A stretch of 64,000 nucleotides of DNA. Source: Octopus bimaculoides (Eukaryota). The notes under the pieces are model-generated. The model was not told the DNA's origin and ran no database searches. It saw only the letters and a list, made by a program, of their open reading frames with translations. Where the stretch lies: positions 8,832,259 to 8,896,258 of the forward strand of contig NC_068983.1 in the NCBI RefSeq assembly GCF_001194135.2. The letters run 5' to 3'. Both the position numbers and the translations under genes were made by a program. The first letter of the stretch is position 1. Every line of letters begins with the position of its first letter. Below, piece by piece: positions 52,400 through 64,000 of the stretch.

Positions 52400-52842
52400 A
52401 GCGTGGTTATATTGATAAAAATTATGTGAATGAATTATTTGATTATATTCGTATTATAAAAAATTATAGATATTATGTCATAAAAAGCGAATTATTATAT
52501 CCTTGTGTATTACAAAATTAAATCTTTTTGCATCGTCTTCAATTATTTTAATTATGTACGAATCGTGCGTAAAAATTGTTTTTATTTTAAGTTGTGTTAT
52601 TCATCCTTTTTTCACCAGTTCGTTTCTACCGCACCTCCGTCTCGACAGTAGTAAGATTTATTTCAAAGACATTTTGATTAATTTGATTTAATTAACATAT
52701 ATCGAAGAGTTGCGGTGTGACGAAAAGTTTGATTTCCAACGACATGATTTGCGTGGCAAATTGGGAAAATGTCTCCTAATGTAGACCCTAGGTAACGCAA
52801 AAATTTTGCGTGGATTTCGAAGGCAGGTGCAAACTAAAAGAG

Positions 52843-52878
<36 letters not shown>

Positions 52879-52944
52879 ATATATAAATAGAAAAGGCAGA
52901 ATTTCGATTATCCCCACGTGGTGAGTTGTAATGTAAAAAATATA

Positions 52945-53110
52945 TAGGGATAGGAGTGGCTGTGTGCTGAGGAGCTTTCTTCACAACTGCATGTTTCTGG
53001 GTTCAGTCCTATTGCCTGGAACCTCACCTTGGACAACTTTCTTCTACTATAGCCTCGGGTCGACTCAATCCTTGGAGCGAATTTGGTAGACAGAAGATAG
53101 AGGTGCTCGT
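52945..53110 (+). mobile_element. SINE family B 5' half
   Basis: ggagtggctgtgtg...gggttcagtcc...cttctactatagcctcgggtcgac...gaatttggtagacag. Confidence 0.7.
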
Positions 53111-53144
53111 CGACTCGTGCCATTTCCGCTCTACCGGTCATTCA

Positions 53145-53446
53145 CTACAATACTTGTCTGTGTTCGGATTGTCTTCGCACAGGAGCCAACCGGACTCCCG
53201 CCTTCACCGTGAGTTGGAATTAATCTTCTCTCTTCGCTCCTTTGCGCCACATGGGATCAATTCCCCTCCTCTGTTCACCTGACTCCCCAGCTCTCCTCTC
53301 TTCATCTGATATCTATTTTCTCTCTTTATTCCAACACACCTCTACTCTCTTGCTCTAACACAAACTTCCTCTCTTCACTCCTACCATCTTCTCTCGTCAT
53401 TGATACCCCCTCCACCTAAACCACATCACACACTCTCCATCCCAAN
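53145..53446 (+). mobile_element. Penelope-like element C-terminus and pyrimidine-rich 3' UTR
   Basis: SRLHRELELIFSLRSFAPHGIN* resembles the GIY-YIG end (RE..LIF.L.TL.P.GIN); 3' UTR motif ctcttcactcctac shared with 48254-48821 (minus). Confidence 0.7.
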
Positions 53447-53692
53447 NNNNNNNNNNNNNNNNNNNNNNNNNNNNNNNNNNNNNNNNNNNNNNNNNNNNNN
53501 NNNNNNNNNNNNNNNNNNNNNNNNNNNNNNNNNNNNNNNNNNNNNNNNNNNNNNNNNNNNNNNNNNNNNNNNNNNNNNNNNNNNNNNNNNNNNNNNNNNN
53601 NNNNNNNNNNNNNNNNNNNNNNNNNNNNNNNNNNNNNNNNNNNNNNNNNNNNNNNNNNNNNNNNNNNNNNNNNNNNNNNNNNNNNTATATAT

Positions 53693-53729
<37 letters not shown>

Positions 53730-53769
53730 TGTGCTTGTGTGTGTACATATATATGTAGGTGTGTGTGTG

Positions 53770-54000
53770 AAGGCGCAAGGCTTAGTGGTTAAGGTATTGC
53801 ACTGAGGATCTCAAGATCATAGTTTCGACTCCCAGATTGGACGTCACGTTGTGTTCTTGAGCAAAGCACATCTCTTCACGCTTCTCCAGTTCACTCAGTG
53901 GCAAATGGGTAACTCTGCGATGGAATAGCTTTCCAATCAGTGAAAATATTGGCCTGCTTTACTAACCAGCGTGGTGGCATCATTCGAGAGTCAAAAAAAA
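53770..54000 (+). mobile_element. SINE family C-like copy
   Basis: ggcttagtggttaagg (A box), gtttcgactcc (B box), gttgtgttcttgagcaaagcac. Confidence 0.7.
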
Positions 54001-54810
54001 AAAACCTGCGAAACGCTTTTCTAACCAGCGATGTATAACAATCGCTTAACAACAGTTGTTGGGTTGTTTACGTTTGCGCGTTAAAAAATTAGTAATGAGA
54101 TTGATTCGTTCAATAAATTTCAAGGTTGTGCCCCAGTATGTTTGCAGTGTAATGACTGAAACAAGTAAAAAATCTATATGTAATATAGATACCAGTAGCT
54201 TACACACATTTTCCGCCTACCAAATTCATTCGCACCTTATTGGTCGATCCGAGGTTATAGATGATAGTAATTTCAGAAGGTGCCGTGAAGTGAGGCTGAA
54301 ATCGAAACCATGTGTTTGAGAAGCAAGCTTTTTAACCACAAAGCCATGTCAACGCCTATGTTACTTAAATCTAATCAACTTAATCATAAGTTATTTTTTC
54401 AAAAGAAATCTTACTACACTCGAGACGTAGGTGCGGAAGAAATGAATCGGAGAAGAGTGGAATAAATAGCAGGACATAATTTTTTTGTACAGACGATTTG
54501 TGTATAATTAAGATAATTGAAGACTACATAAGAAGACTTAAGTTTATAACACACAATATTATAAAAAGTCGTTTTTTTTAAAGACGTAAGATCTATAATT
54601 ATTTATTGTAAGAATATAATAAAACAATTCATTCATAAATAGATCTAAATTTCACAAACATATTCTACGTAGCAATATAGCCACGCCTGGGATAACCCTC
54701 TTTGTGTAGGATACATACACAAAGATCAAATTACAATTAATGCTATAAAGAAAACAAGCAAAGTAAATAAACAAGTCATATGTGATTATGTTTTTTTTTT
54801 GTGCTGGTAT

Positions 54811-55045
54811 CTCCCTTCGCTGTTTGACAACCTGTCTTCGTGCCTCCCCCTCGCGGCTTGACAACCTGGGTTCGTGCCTCCCCCTCGCCGCTTGACAACC
54901 TTTGTTCGTGCCTACCGCTCGCCGTTTGACAACCTTTGTTCGTGTCCCCCCCTCACCGTTTGACAACCTGTGTTCGTGCCTTCCCCTCACCGTTTGACAT
55001 CTATGTTCGTCCCTCCCCCTCGCTGTTTGACAACTCGTGTTTGTT
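54811..55045. repeat. Minisatellite, 7 units of about 33-34 bp
   Basis: ttgacaac core at about 54824, 54858, 54891, 54925, 54960, 54994 and 55027; consensus cctccccctcgccgtttgacaacctgtgttcgtg. Confidence 0.92.
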
Positions 55046-56034
55046 AGATTATAACATATCTACTTACTCGTTTTTACGTGCGATTCCTAAACGTAATGCA
55101 ATTACTAGTCTCATAATGTAATTTATGCGGTTGTCAAAAGACACCGATAGAATACGTATAAGACGTAAAAAATAAGTACTAGGGTTAATTTGTTTGACTA
55201 AACTTTTCTACGCCATGTTCCACTTTGGCTTTAGTCCAATGACTGAAACACAAAGCAAATAATAATATGGCATTTTTGTTTTTAATCAAATTTAGTCGGA
55301 TCTCAATTTGCTTAGTGACATTCCATTTTATGTAGAATAAAGTAGATGTCACGAATTTTTTTCTTCATCCGATCTCTAATTAGGTTTCCGTGTTTATCGA
55401 TGTTTTAAATATTATAATTTCACTTTTGAACATCTATTGTTATGTAGTATAGAATAATTTTCTGTAATAACAGAAACATTATTTGTTTAAACTAATCAAC
55501 GATCGAATTCGTTTGTTTACTTGGACAATAGAATCATTCGATTTGTCGACTTTCATAAACAGTTTTAAAATGTTTTTAGCCGTCTTCAAGACAGTAATTT
55601 TGTCTACAATTACACTCGATACATATTCTCTTCTTCTCTCCCTCCTTATTTTTCACGTCTAATTTTGTTCTTAAATATATCTTCGATTATTTTTCGTGTC
55701 CAACTACGTCATCTTATTTACTTTGTCACACCGTTTGTTAACTGATAGTATTTTGACGTTTCTACTGCGATATTACATAAATTTACTAAATATTTCAGAT
55801 GAGCTCTTATGTAGCGAGTGGAGTTAGCAGATTGTAAAATATTTTTCTTTCTACTTCTGACAAAAGGCCAGAAATTATTGGAGAGTGGCGCTAGTCCATT
55901 ACATTGAATCCGATGTTCAGCTGGAACTTGTTTGGTTCACAACCGAAATTATGAAAGGGAAAGTCGACCTACGTATTATTTTACCTCAGAAAAAGGCACA
56001 GGCAGGGAGTAAGCAAACATTGAGAGACTGTATG

Positions 56035-56405
56035 GCAGGTAGCTAGCTTACCAACCACATGGTTCCGGGTTCATCCCTACTGCGTGGCACCTTGGGTAAG
56101 TGTCTTCTACTATAGCCTCGGGCAGACCAAAGCCTTCTGAGTGGATTTAGTAGACGGAAACTGAAAGCCTGTCGTATATATATATATGTGTGGGTATATG
56201 TTTTTGGGTGTGTATTTGTCCCCCCAATATCGCTTGACAACCGATGCTGGTGTGTCTACGTCCTCGTAACTTAGCGGTTCGGCAAAAAGAGACCGATAGA
56301 ATAAGTACTAGGCTTACAACGAATAAGTCCTGGGGTCGATTTGCTCGACTAAAGGCGGTGCTCCAGCAAATGACTGAAACAAGTAAAAGAGAGTAAAAGA
56401 GAGTA
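56035..56405 (+). mobile_element. SINE family B, near full length (octopus OR-type)
   Basis: accaaccacatggttccgggttca...ggcaccttgggtaagtgtcttctactatagcctcggg...aaaggcggtgctccagc...gactgaaacaagtaaaagagagtaaaagagag tail. Confidence 0.9.
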
Positions 56406-56659
56406 ACTTTTCGCGTATGATTCATAAAGGTAATGCGATTATTGGTTTCATAATTCTCAGTACATAATGAAGACTTATTGTCAAAATCGTCATGAGAAAT
56501 CCGGCAAGAGGAGCAAAAATACTCAGAGTTAATTACTTAACTTTGACCTAATTTAAGATTAAAAACTACATTTCACAAATATATATTTGTTGTTAGGAAA
56601 ACGTTCCTGGATTAGTTACGCTTAATGAAAAATAATTTATTTTCTTAAATTTTAACATC

Positions 56660-57392
56660 AATTCTTAGGAAATAGTCACCTTGCAGAGCAATACACAGGT
56701 CTCAGCGTCCCTGCTACTTTTCAGCTCCGGCCTTGAAGTCGTTTTGCATAAGCGAATCGAAGACCTTCTGCGATTCATTCTGGATCCCGACAACGGTGTT
56801 AAAACGGTGACCTTTAAATATAAATGTAGCCTACTCACTCCAAGCAATACTTGTTGGAAAGTAAACGCTTCTATGCCTGTTGTGAAATATCACTGGTAAA
56901 GTAATACTACTCGGTTTGGATCGACTTCAGTCTTGCAAAGTATCTTTCCAGCGACAACGCTTCAAAAAGTAATGCATGATTAATCGTGAAATTCCTATCT
57001 CAGGAGCCGCTTGGCGCACAGAATTGTTTTGAACTCTGTCAATAAGTTTCCATAATCCTTTCGTGCTCATTTGTGTTCTTCGATATCCATGGTCTTCCGG
57101 AACGGTTCTTTGCGTACGCCCTGGACATAATTCTATCTACATCAAGCTTATTTCTAATTCGAGAAGTCGTAAGTCACATCAGTAATCTGTGTGAAACACC
57201 CGCTTAAACCACCTCTTTACAATTTAACTGCGCTTTGAAACTTCCCGTAGCTCTTTAGGGTAAATATCATTTATTCAAATCTTAATCTAGTTCCCTTCAT
57301 TATGTCTGATTGTTTAATTCTAAAAGCAAATGCAAATTGAACTAGTTATTTACTTTTGATGTGTGTATACATTTCTGTGGACAACCTGTATA
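56660..57392 (-). mobile_element. Degenerate, internally deleted Tc1/mariner (Tc3-like, DUF4817-type HTH) element
   Basis: Minus: TA|caggttgtccacagaaatgtatacac end; RIRNKLD...NRSGRP...SVRQAA.EIGIS...LKRCRWK; IAWSE*ATF resembling IVWSDEATF. Confidence 0.7.
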
Positions 57393-58065
57393 TATGCATG
57401 TATATGTTAGTGCGTCTGAATGTATTAGTTCGTGTGCGTATGTGTGCATGCGTGTATTTGTTTTGTGTGTGTGCACGCGCTTTGCTTGTATGATCACGTC
57501 AAACCATAAAACAGATTTCAATAATTTCACAAAAATTATTAAATTATATCAAATAGCATCGTTGCAGCTAATGATTTCTGTAATTCTATATAGACAGCAT
57601 AAGTATATATTTGAAAAAAAAAATTTCAGCGAATTTTTGCATTACTTCACAAACTTTCTCTTAACGTATACGTTTTTTTCCCTTTCACTTCAGCTTTCAG
57701 AATACAAATTCCTGTATTATGTATTTATCAATCTTGAGAGAACTGGAGTGTCTTAGAATATGTCTAATTATATACATTAGGTTAAGAACTATCTTTTAAC
57801 ATAACGTGACATAGAACACCACAGTCAGCAATTCGAGAAAGAAAACAGGTAAAATAAGTTATTTCGATATTTTCCATTTTTATATTGTTACATTTTGGGT
57901 TTTTTCAACTACATTACCATCAGTATCAGAAAGCTTATGACTAGCGATCGGTAGAAACAATGAATAAGATAAGGTGTGAGTGACTGTGAATCAATTTTCT
58001 GTTCTATGTATATACGATCACGGGCTAATCTCTCTCTCTTTATACATTCATACACTTATATATGC

Positions 58066-58102
<37 letters not shown>

Positions 58103-58140
58103 TAGATATATTTAGATGTATGTATGTATGTATGTGTGTG

Positions 58141-58181
<41 letters not shown>

Positions 58182-58498
58182 NNNNNNNNNNNNNNNNNNN
58201 NNNNNNNNNNNNNNNNNNNNNNNNNNNNNNNNNNNNNNNNNNNNNNNNNNNNNNNNNNNNNNNNNNNNNNNNNNNNNNNNNNNNNNNNNNNNNNNNNNNN
58301 NNNNNNNNNNNNNNNNNNNNNNNNNNNNNNNNNNNNNNNNNNNNNNNNNNNNNNNNNNNNNNNNNNNNNNNNNNNNNNNNNNNNNNNNNNNNNNNNNNNN
58401 NNNNNNNNNNNNNNNNNNNNNNNNNNNNNNNNNNNNNNNNNNNNNNNNNNNNNNNNNNNNNNNNNNNNNNNNNNNNNNNNTATATATATATATATATA

Positions 58499-59110
58499 TT
58501 GGGTAACCAAAAGAAACCGTAATTTAGCAATGATATTTTATTCACTTAGTTTTATAAGTTTACACTTTTATCGCCTTGAATGTGTTCTACATTTGAAGGA
58601 ATGTATCGTTGCAGGCGCGCTTTTCACTGTTCTAAGTAGTGCTGGAACTCTTGCGAAGCGATGCCTTCTAATGCCTACTTTAATTTGTTCTTCACTTCTT
58701 CCATGGTCCACGGCTGCAAATTCCGTAGCACCAGCTATTGTCACCAGAGATGACCTTCAAAAAGAGGTCTAGGTCCACTTCCAACTGTTCTTTCAGTACA
58801 CGTAACGCATTCAGTCGTCACCGCTTTTGATCTTACGTGAGCAAGCGAGGCACAAATTTTTCTGCACCTCGTTTCATTCATAACCCCTCGCTCAAAATTG
58901 GTTGGCAGGAGATCCTGGTGACACATTCATATCAACAAGTTCATCACGTATTCAGTTACGGTGCTCTAAGATCAGTGCATGAATTTTCATGATGTTTTCA
59001 GCTCATTGGTTGCCTGAACGAGGTTGGACTTCAAGCGACAAGTGACCATTGTTAAAACGTGGAAACCACTCGTAAACTTGTGTTTTGCTCATGGTAGGTT
59101 CCTTGAAGTT
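58499..59110 (-). mobile_element. Internally deleted mariner remnant
   Basis: MSKTQVYEWFPRFNNG; KFVPRLLT.DQKR; FLKVISGDNSWCYG; EEVK...ALEGI..QEFQ. Confidence 0.85.
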
Positions 59111-59164
59111 ATATATATATATAAAACTTACTTGGAAAAGGATGCGTGGCGTTCGATCATATAA

Positions 59165-59750
59165 TAACTCTACTGGGCCGTCTCTTAGTTTAAGTTGGTG
59201 AATACTGCCATAATCCTTGCCTTCAGTTCATCTTTGTTGTTACTAGGGGTGTTGTTGGTCTCTCGTTCAACTGCACCCCACACATAATAATCAAAGGGGT
59301 TGTAGTATGAGGGGAGAGGTATTTAGATGTTAGCGGTGATATGGTCGCAGAAATTATCAGGCAGCTATGACGGGGTTCTCCTGCCTGTGTGGCATGGTGC
59401 AGAGTCCTGTTGCCAGACATAGGGTCTTCCATCAGTCACCCTGTTGACCCAGGGACACACTACCTACTTCAGACTCAACACGGATACTTAAATCAAGGGC
59501 CTGAAGGTGTGTGGAAAGATGAATGGAGGCATAACGTCACCATCACTAGTGATCACTCCAAACACCATGATGTTGACTGGCTGTTGTCCTCAGATTGACA
59601 CCTAAACACTCTGAAATGTTCGCATTGGAGCTTCCGGCGTGAAATGCCAAGCAGTAAGGCATGTCGATTCCAAATTTCTGGAAGAGTGAAATGCGTCATG
59701 GTGCTAATTTTCTCATAGACGGTGCCCAACTGACCCTACTATACTGTGTA
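59165..59750 (-). mobile_element. DD37D (maT-like) Tc1/mariner transposase remnant
   Basis: PVNIMVFGVITSDGDVMPPFIFP; GRPYVWQQDSAPCHT...NFCDHIT...NPFDYYVWGAVERETN. Confidence 0.85.
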
Positions 59751-59822
59751 GTCGACAAAATTGAATACAAACAATGCGCACGCACAAACTAAAATATACA
59801 ATCGTGACAATTTACCTATCGC

Positions 59823-59902
<80 letters not shown>

Positions 59903-61140
59903 CATACATACATACAAATAGATACTCTTGCATGAATATATTTGAACGTTTTACCTTAGCAGGCGATTGTATGTGAATGTATGCCCTGTCTTTGTGTTCT
60001 TGCCCATACAGCGACATATAAACAGTTGTGCTTATGCTCATTCCTGGATATTCAAATGGAGAATCTATAGAATGTCCTAATATTCTGCTCTAGAAATGGA
60101 ATGGATTGGGAAGATAACAAATAGTTTCCTTTCTTCGACACCCATTGCATTTACAAGCATTTATGCAAATCTCTTTTCACAAAACCTCGATTTTCTATGA
60201 TGGTATGTACGAATGCATCTGTAGCTTTTATGCAAGAGCTGTAATTTTTGCATTAGTCCACCATTGATCGTATTTTTCACTACAGTAAATGATACATGCA
60301 TATTGACTCTGCAAATGCAGCTACAATAGCGCATGATTTTTCCACCACACCACGTAAAACAGTATTCGGTCATTTATATATACAGAAAAATTGCTGCATT
60401 TTTATTGGAATATCCCATCTGTATTTCTTATTTTTGATGGGGTGAATATATTTTGGTTCCTGATAATTATTTCCTCAGTTGCCTACGAAATAAAAACACT
60501 CTTCCTCAGCAAACTCCGTTATCATGTCTCACTATGCTGCAAATACCAACTGAATAAAATTCAGGTTATAGATAAAGCAATAAAGCGTCGCTGGTCTTAT
60601 TTTTTCTCTCCACTGAAAACATTAACACGCAGTCTACATATTTCAACATATGAACAGCGTTTCGACTAAGCTCTCGTCCTTGGATTTTCTAGCCTTTTAC
60701 CTACTCGTGTGTGTGCATCTTTTTCTTACATAACATCTAAAGATTGTATTTGGTTGTCGGAGGGGTTTCGCTATCTGTCGATGATTTTCGACGTTAAGTA
60801 ATACATTTAGGTTGTGTGTTATATTTTACACCGATTCCTGTTTCTTCGATGTATGAATAAATAATGACTTGATCCTCATCGCAGTAAGTTATTCGGTGCC
60901 CTAAAGTTTGTGATGAATATTCTGTGTCAATTTCGTCAATAAATCACAAATAATATCAAGTCCGTCAATACATGAAAATTGATTGAAAATTGATTTTACC
61001 GCTATTCGAAGGTGCCTCGGGAAAAATAAGCTGACAAACGCACAGCCATAGTCATGACCAATGTCCTCCTAAAATTGTAGCGACATGCGCGCTAATTTAT
61101 GGAGGTGCACAAAGTACATTCACGTACACACACATCCTGT

Positions 61141-61209
<69 letters not shown>

Positions 61210-61719
61210 TTATTAATATTGTATGATTGAACGCCATGCATCCATTTCCGAGTAATATATATATATATATATTTTATTTATTTATGTGTTTCAGCCGAGT
61301 GGCTGCGGTCATGCTGGAGCACCACCGTGAAAAGTTGAGTAGACCGCGGAGTAATTCGAACTCAGAATTTTAAGTCGGGATAAATGCCTCTAAGTATTTT
61401 GCCTAGCATGCTACCGATTCTGCCAGCTCGAGCTGCAGTCATTGTGAGTAGATTTACACATGCACACAAGCACACACACACACACATACCTATATATATA
61501 TATATGTATATACACATATATATACACTCGTATATGTATATGCATACATATACATATATACAATCGTAAATATATATATACATACATATACATACATATA
61601 TATATACATACACATACATNNNNNNNNNNNNNNNNNNNNNNNNNNNNNNNNNNNNNNNNNNNNNNNNNNNNNNNNNNNNNNNNNNNNNNNNNNNNNNNNN
61701 NNNNNNNNNNNNNNNNNNN

Positions 61720-61753
<34 letters not shown>

Positions 61754-62212
61754 TTCAGGTAAGGTAATTCATTGGAAGCGTCAACATAGATAACAGCGTG
61801 CTGGCTTCTTTTAGAAAGAGGTGAACGCAATTAGACGTGTGCTGTCCGTAGGATAAAATCGCCCAAGCAATTTGAATAAGCTTTGCTGAATCGAATATAA
61901 ATGGGTGTATGCGAATGTGAATGTATCTCATAGTAGATGCATTTATACGCATGCGTCATGGCGTGTACACAAATAGGTACATACGTACAGAGAAGTATGT
62001 GTGTGTGTATATATATACACATACACACACACATACATACACACACACACATACACATATATAGTACGAATGTATCGCTGTATCTATATATAATTACAAA
62101 CATGTGTACATGTGCGCATATATATATATATACATACATATAATATAACGTATATACATATCTATATATCTATGTATATACATATATATATAAGATGTAT
62201 ATACGTTTATAT

Positions 62213-62262
<50 letters not shown>

Positions 62263-62340
62263 AAATATGCACATATATATGCATATATACCTCATATACA
62301 TACATATATATGTATATATAAACATGAGTTTGTGTGTGTG
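61141..62340. repeat. Extended (TA)n/(CA)n/(TACA)n microsatellite region with embedded SINE A/B fragments at 61270-61432 (minus)
   Basis: Direct observation; ggctgcggtcatgctggagcacc and aattcgaactcagaa...ctgccagctcg. Confidence 0.8.
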
Positions 62341-63099
62341 AGTGTGAGTGAATTTTAATTTTCCTTTCAAGAGGAGTGTAATTTCGATAAGGAAATAGAA
62401 TGCTTTCCAATCTGACTGGAAATCTTCAGTTTAATTTAAATTCGTGTGAAGTTTCGAGCTGAAGAGGAAAATGAAAAATAAAAAATATATATATATGTAA
62501 ATGAAAACAAAAATCACGTAGATTTTAGTTCGGAAATGTTGAACATAATATAAACAGCATGCTTTTTCACCAGTGTCTATTAATAAAGCAATCTCTATAT
62601 TAGTATATGTTTATATATATATATAAGTAGTGCAATCTTCTTACCCATCCACTTTCAATTTAGAACAGCTATTTTAAGAATTATACCCATTAGAGTCTCT
62701 TACCTTTCTGCTAAACAAAATATATCTCAAAGCCACGCCGTGTTCTACTACCAAGCCCTGAAGAGAAATAGCTATGATATTATTCTCGAATTTTAACACC
62801 AAAATTAAACAGATCATATGCCTCAGTAATCTATAAATATTTCAGTCACTCACACATAAAACAACCGCTGTAATCTTCGCTTGTATAATAGGGAATATGT
62901 ACGAGAAGCTTGTGATCAATCCAAGAACACAGACTCTTCCGCAGACACACCAGAGAATGCAGTCATCTACAACATTACAAAACAAAGAAAGGAAAGGCCG
63001 AATAGAAGGCATTCAGTCTAAAGTTGATGGTTTGAATAGAACGAAAACAAAATACAATATCGAATCGAATTTTTTTTTTCTTTTTAAAGAAAATGCCCT

Positions 63100-63590
63100 A
63101 TCTAGTTGATGGTTCCGAGATAACAACATGGTTAATGTAGCTCCCACTTCAGCTTCCACAACAGTTTCAATACGGCTTCGGTATCTTCAGCATGCATTCC
63201 TCACTGGGTCTCTAGGAAGAAATCGAACATCTCCCTGATCTTGGCCACCATATCGGCTGCGGAGTTCCTGCAGAGCGGTTAGTGTGTTTCTCAACAACGC
63301 TCCACACATAGTAATCCGTGAGCTTAGAATCAGAGGAAGTATGTGGCAAGAAATTGGGGCTGATGATGTAGAAGAAATTCTCCATGACAACCACTTGGGA
63401 CTCTTTCGGGACTTATGACAAGGAGTTAAATCCTGTTGCTATATATATGACCTTCCTCCAGAATCTCTCTCCAAAAGGGGTTTGACCACAGTGTCCTGCA
63501 GATTCACATAGCCGTTCGGATTTAGCCGAAGTAACTGTTTATAGAAGTGGACACGAATCTTGGCCTGCAGACAAAATCAGAACGACTGTT
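63100..63590 (-). mobile_element. Second DD37D (maT-like) transposase remnant
   Basis: RLNPNGYVNL.DTVVKP; GRSYI.QQDLTPCHKSRKSPKWL.ENF...SPNF...DYYVWSVVEKHTNRSA...PRDPVRNAC. Confidence 0.85.
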
Positions 63591-63769
63591 GTGCTACTTC
63601 CTGCTGTCCACAGATTCGTACTTACCGTTGCTTCTGTTCATACAGCATTGAGCAGCATTCATGATGTCGGCATTTTGATACATGTCCTAAATCATCATGA
63701 TACAGGTAAATCTTTTCCAATATTCAGGCGACTAAGACATCGAGCTTGCAGAATCATTACCGCGACAGA

Positions 63770-63935
63770 CATCCTTAGCCCGTCTTTACACTCTGAGCTC
63801 AAATTCTTCTGAGATCGACTTTGTCTTTTATTTTTTCAAGGTCGATAAAATAATTACCTTTTGAGCATTGGGTCCGATGTTAGTCCATTTACGCCCTCAG
63901 CCTAAATTATTGGCTTTTAGCCAAAATTTGAAACC
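63770..63935 (+). mobile_element. Degenerate SINE family A
   Basis: ctctgagctcaaattcttctgagatcgactttgtctttt...ccaaaatttgaaacc. Confidence 0.65.
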
Positions 63936-64000
63936 ACTATCCGGGTGGCTTTCTGGCCTCCATATCGGTCAACTTTTCCCAGACCAACTACAATATTAAT

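Noticed and set aside
54811-55045. CRISPR-like regular repeat spacing
   Set aside because: Units are contiguous with no unique spacers, the DNA is eukaryotic, and there are no cas genes; it is a minisatellite.
63626-63686. 61-nt minus-strand exon-like segment (DMYQNADIMNAAQCCMNRSN) with gtaagt donor
   Set aside because: Acceptor lacks a polypyrimidine tract, no recognisable product, and the match is within chance expectation.

Overview
AT-rich, microsatellite-dense eukaryotic DNA with many assembly gaps (N runs). The repeat content resembles an octopus (coleoid cephalopod) genome; this is inferred from recalled SINE/LINE families, not from a search. No intact host protein-coding gene is recognisable. 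Nearly all ORFs in the supplied track are artefacts of microsatellites, N runs or alternative start codons. The window is a transposon graveyard in intronic or intergenic space. It holds about 25 tRNA-derived SINE copies from roughly five families and six Tc1/mariner remnants, including one full-length DD34D mariner with TIRs and TA TSD and two DD37D/maT-like remnants. It also holds three Penelope-like fragments, remnants of RTE, CR1/L2-like, L1/Tx1 and RLE-type LINEs, and three MITE-like elements. The most interesting signal is a short element at 21296-21540 (minus strand) that joins a tRNA-type Pol III head to a complete minimal type-I hammerhead ribozyme. It looks like a self-cleaving SINE, possibly mobilised by Penelope. 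Other notable items are a Merlin-like MITE with a perfect 8-bp TSD carrying head-to-head telomeric repeats, a SINE dimer inside a single 14-bp TSD, a SINE-born 34-bp minisatellite, several inverted repeats able to form dsRNA, and two short minus-strand exon candidates (low confidence).
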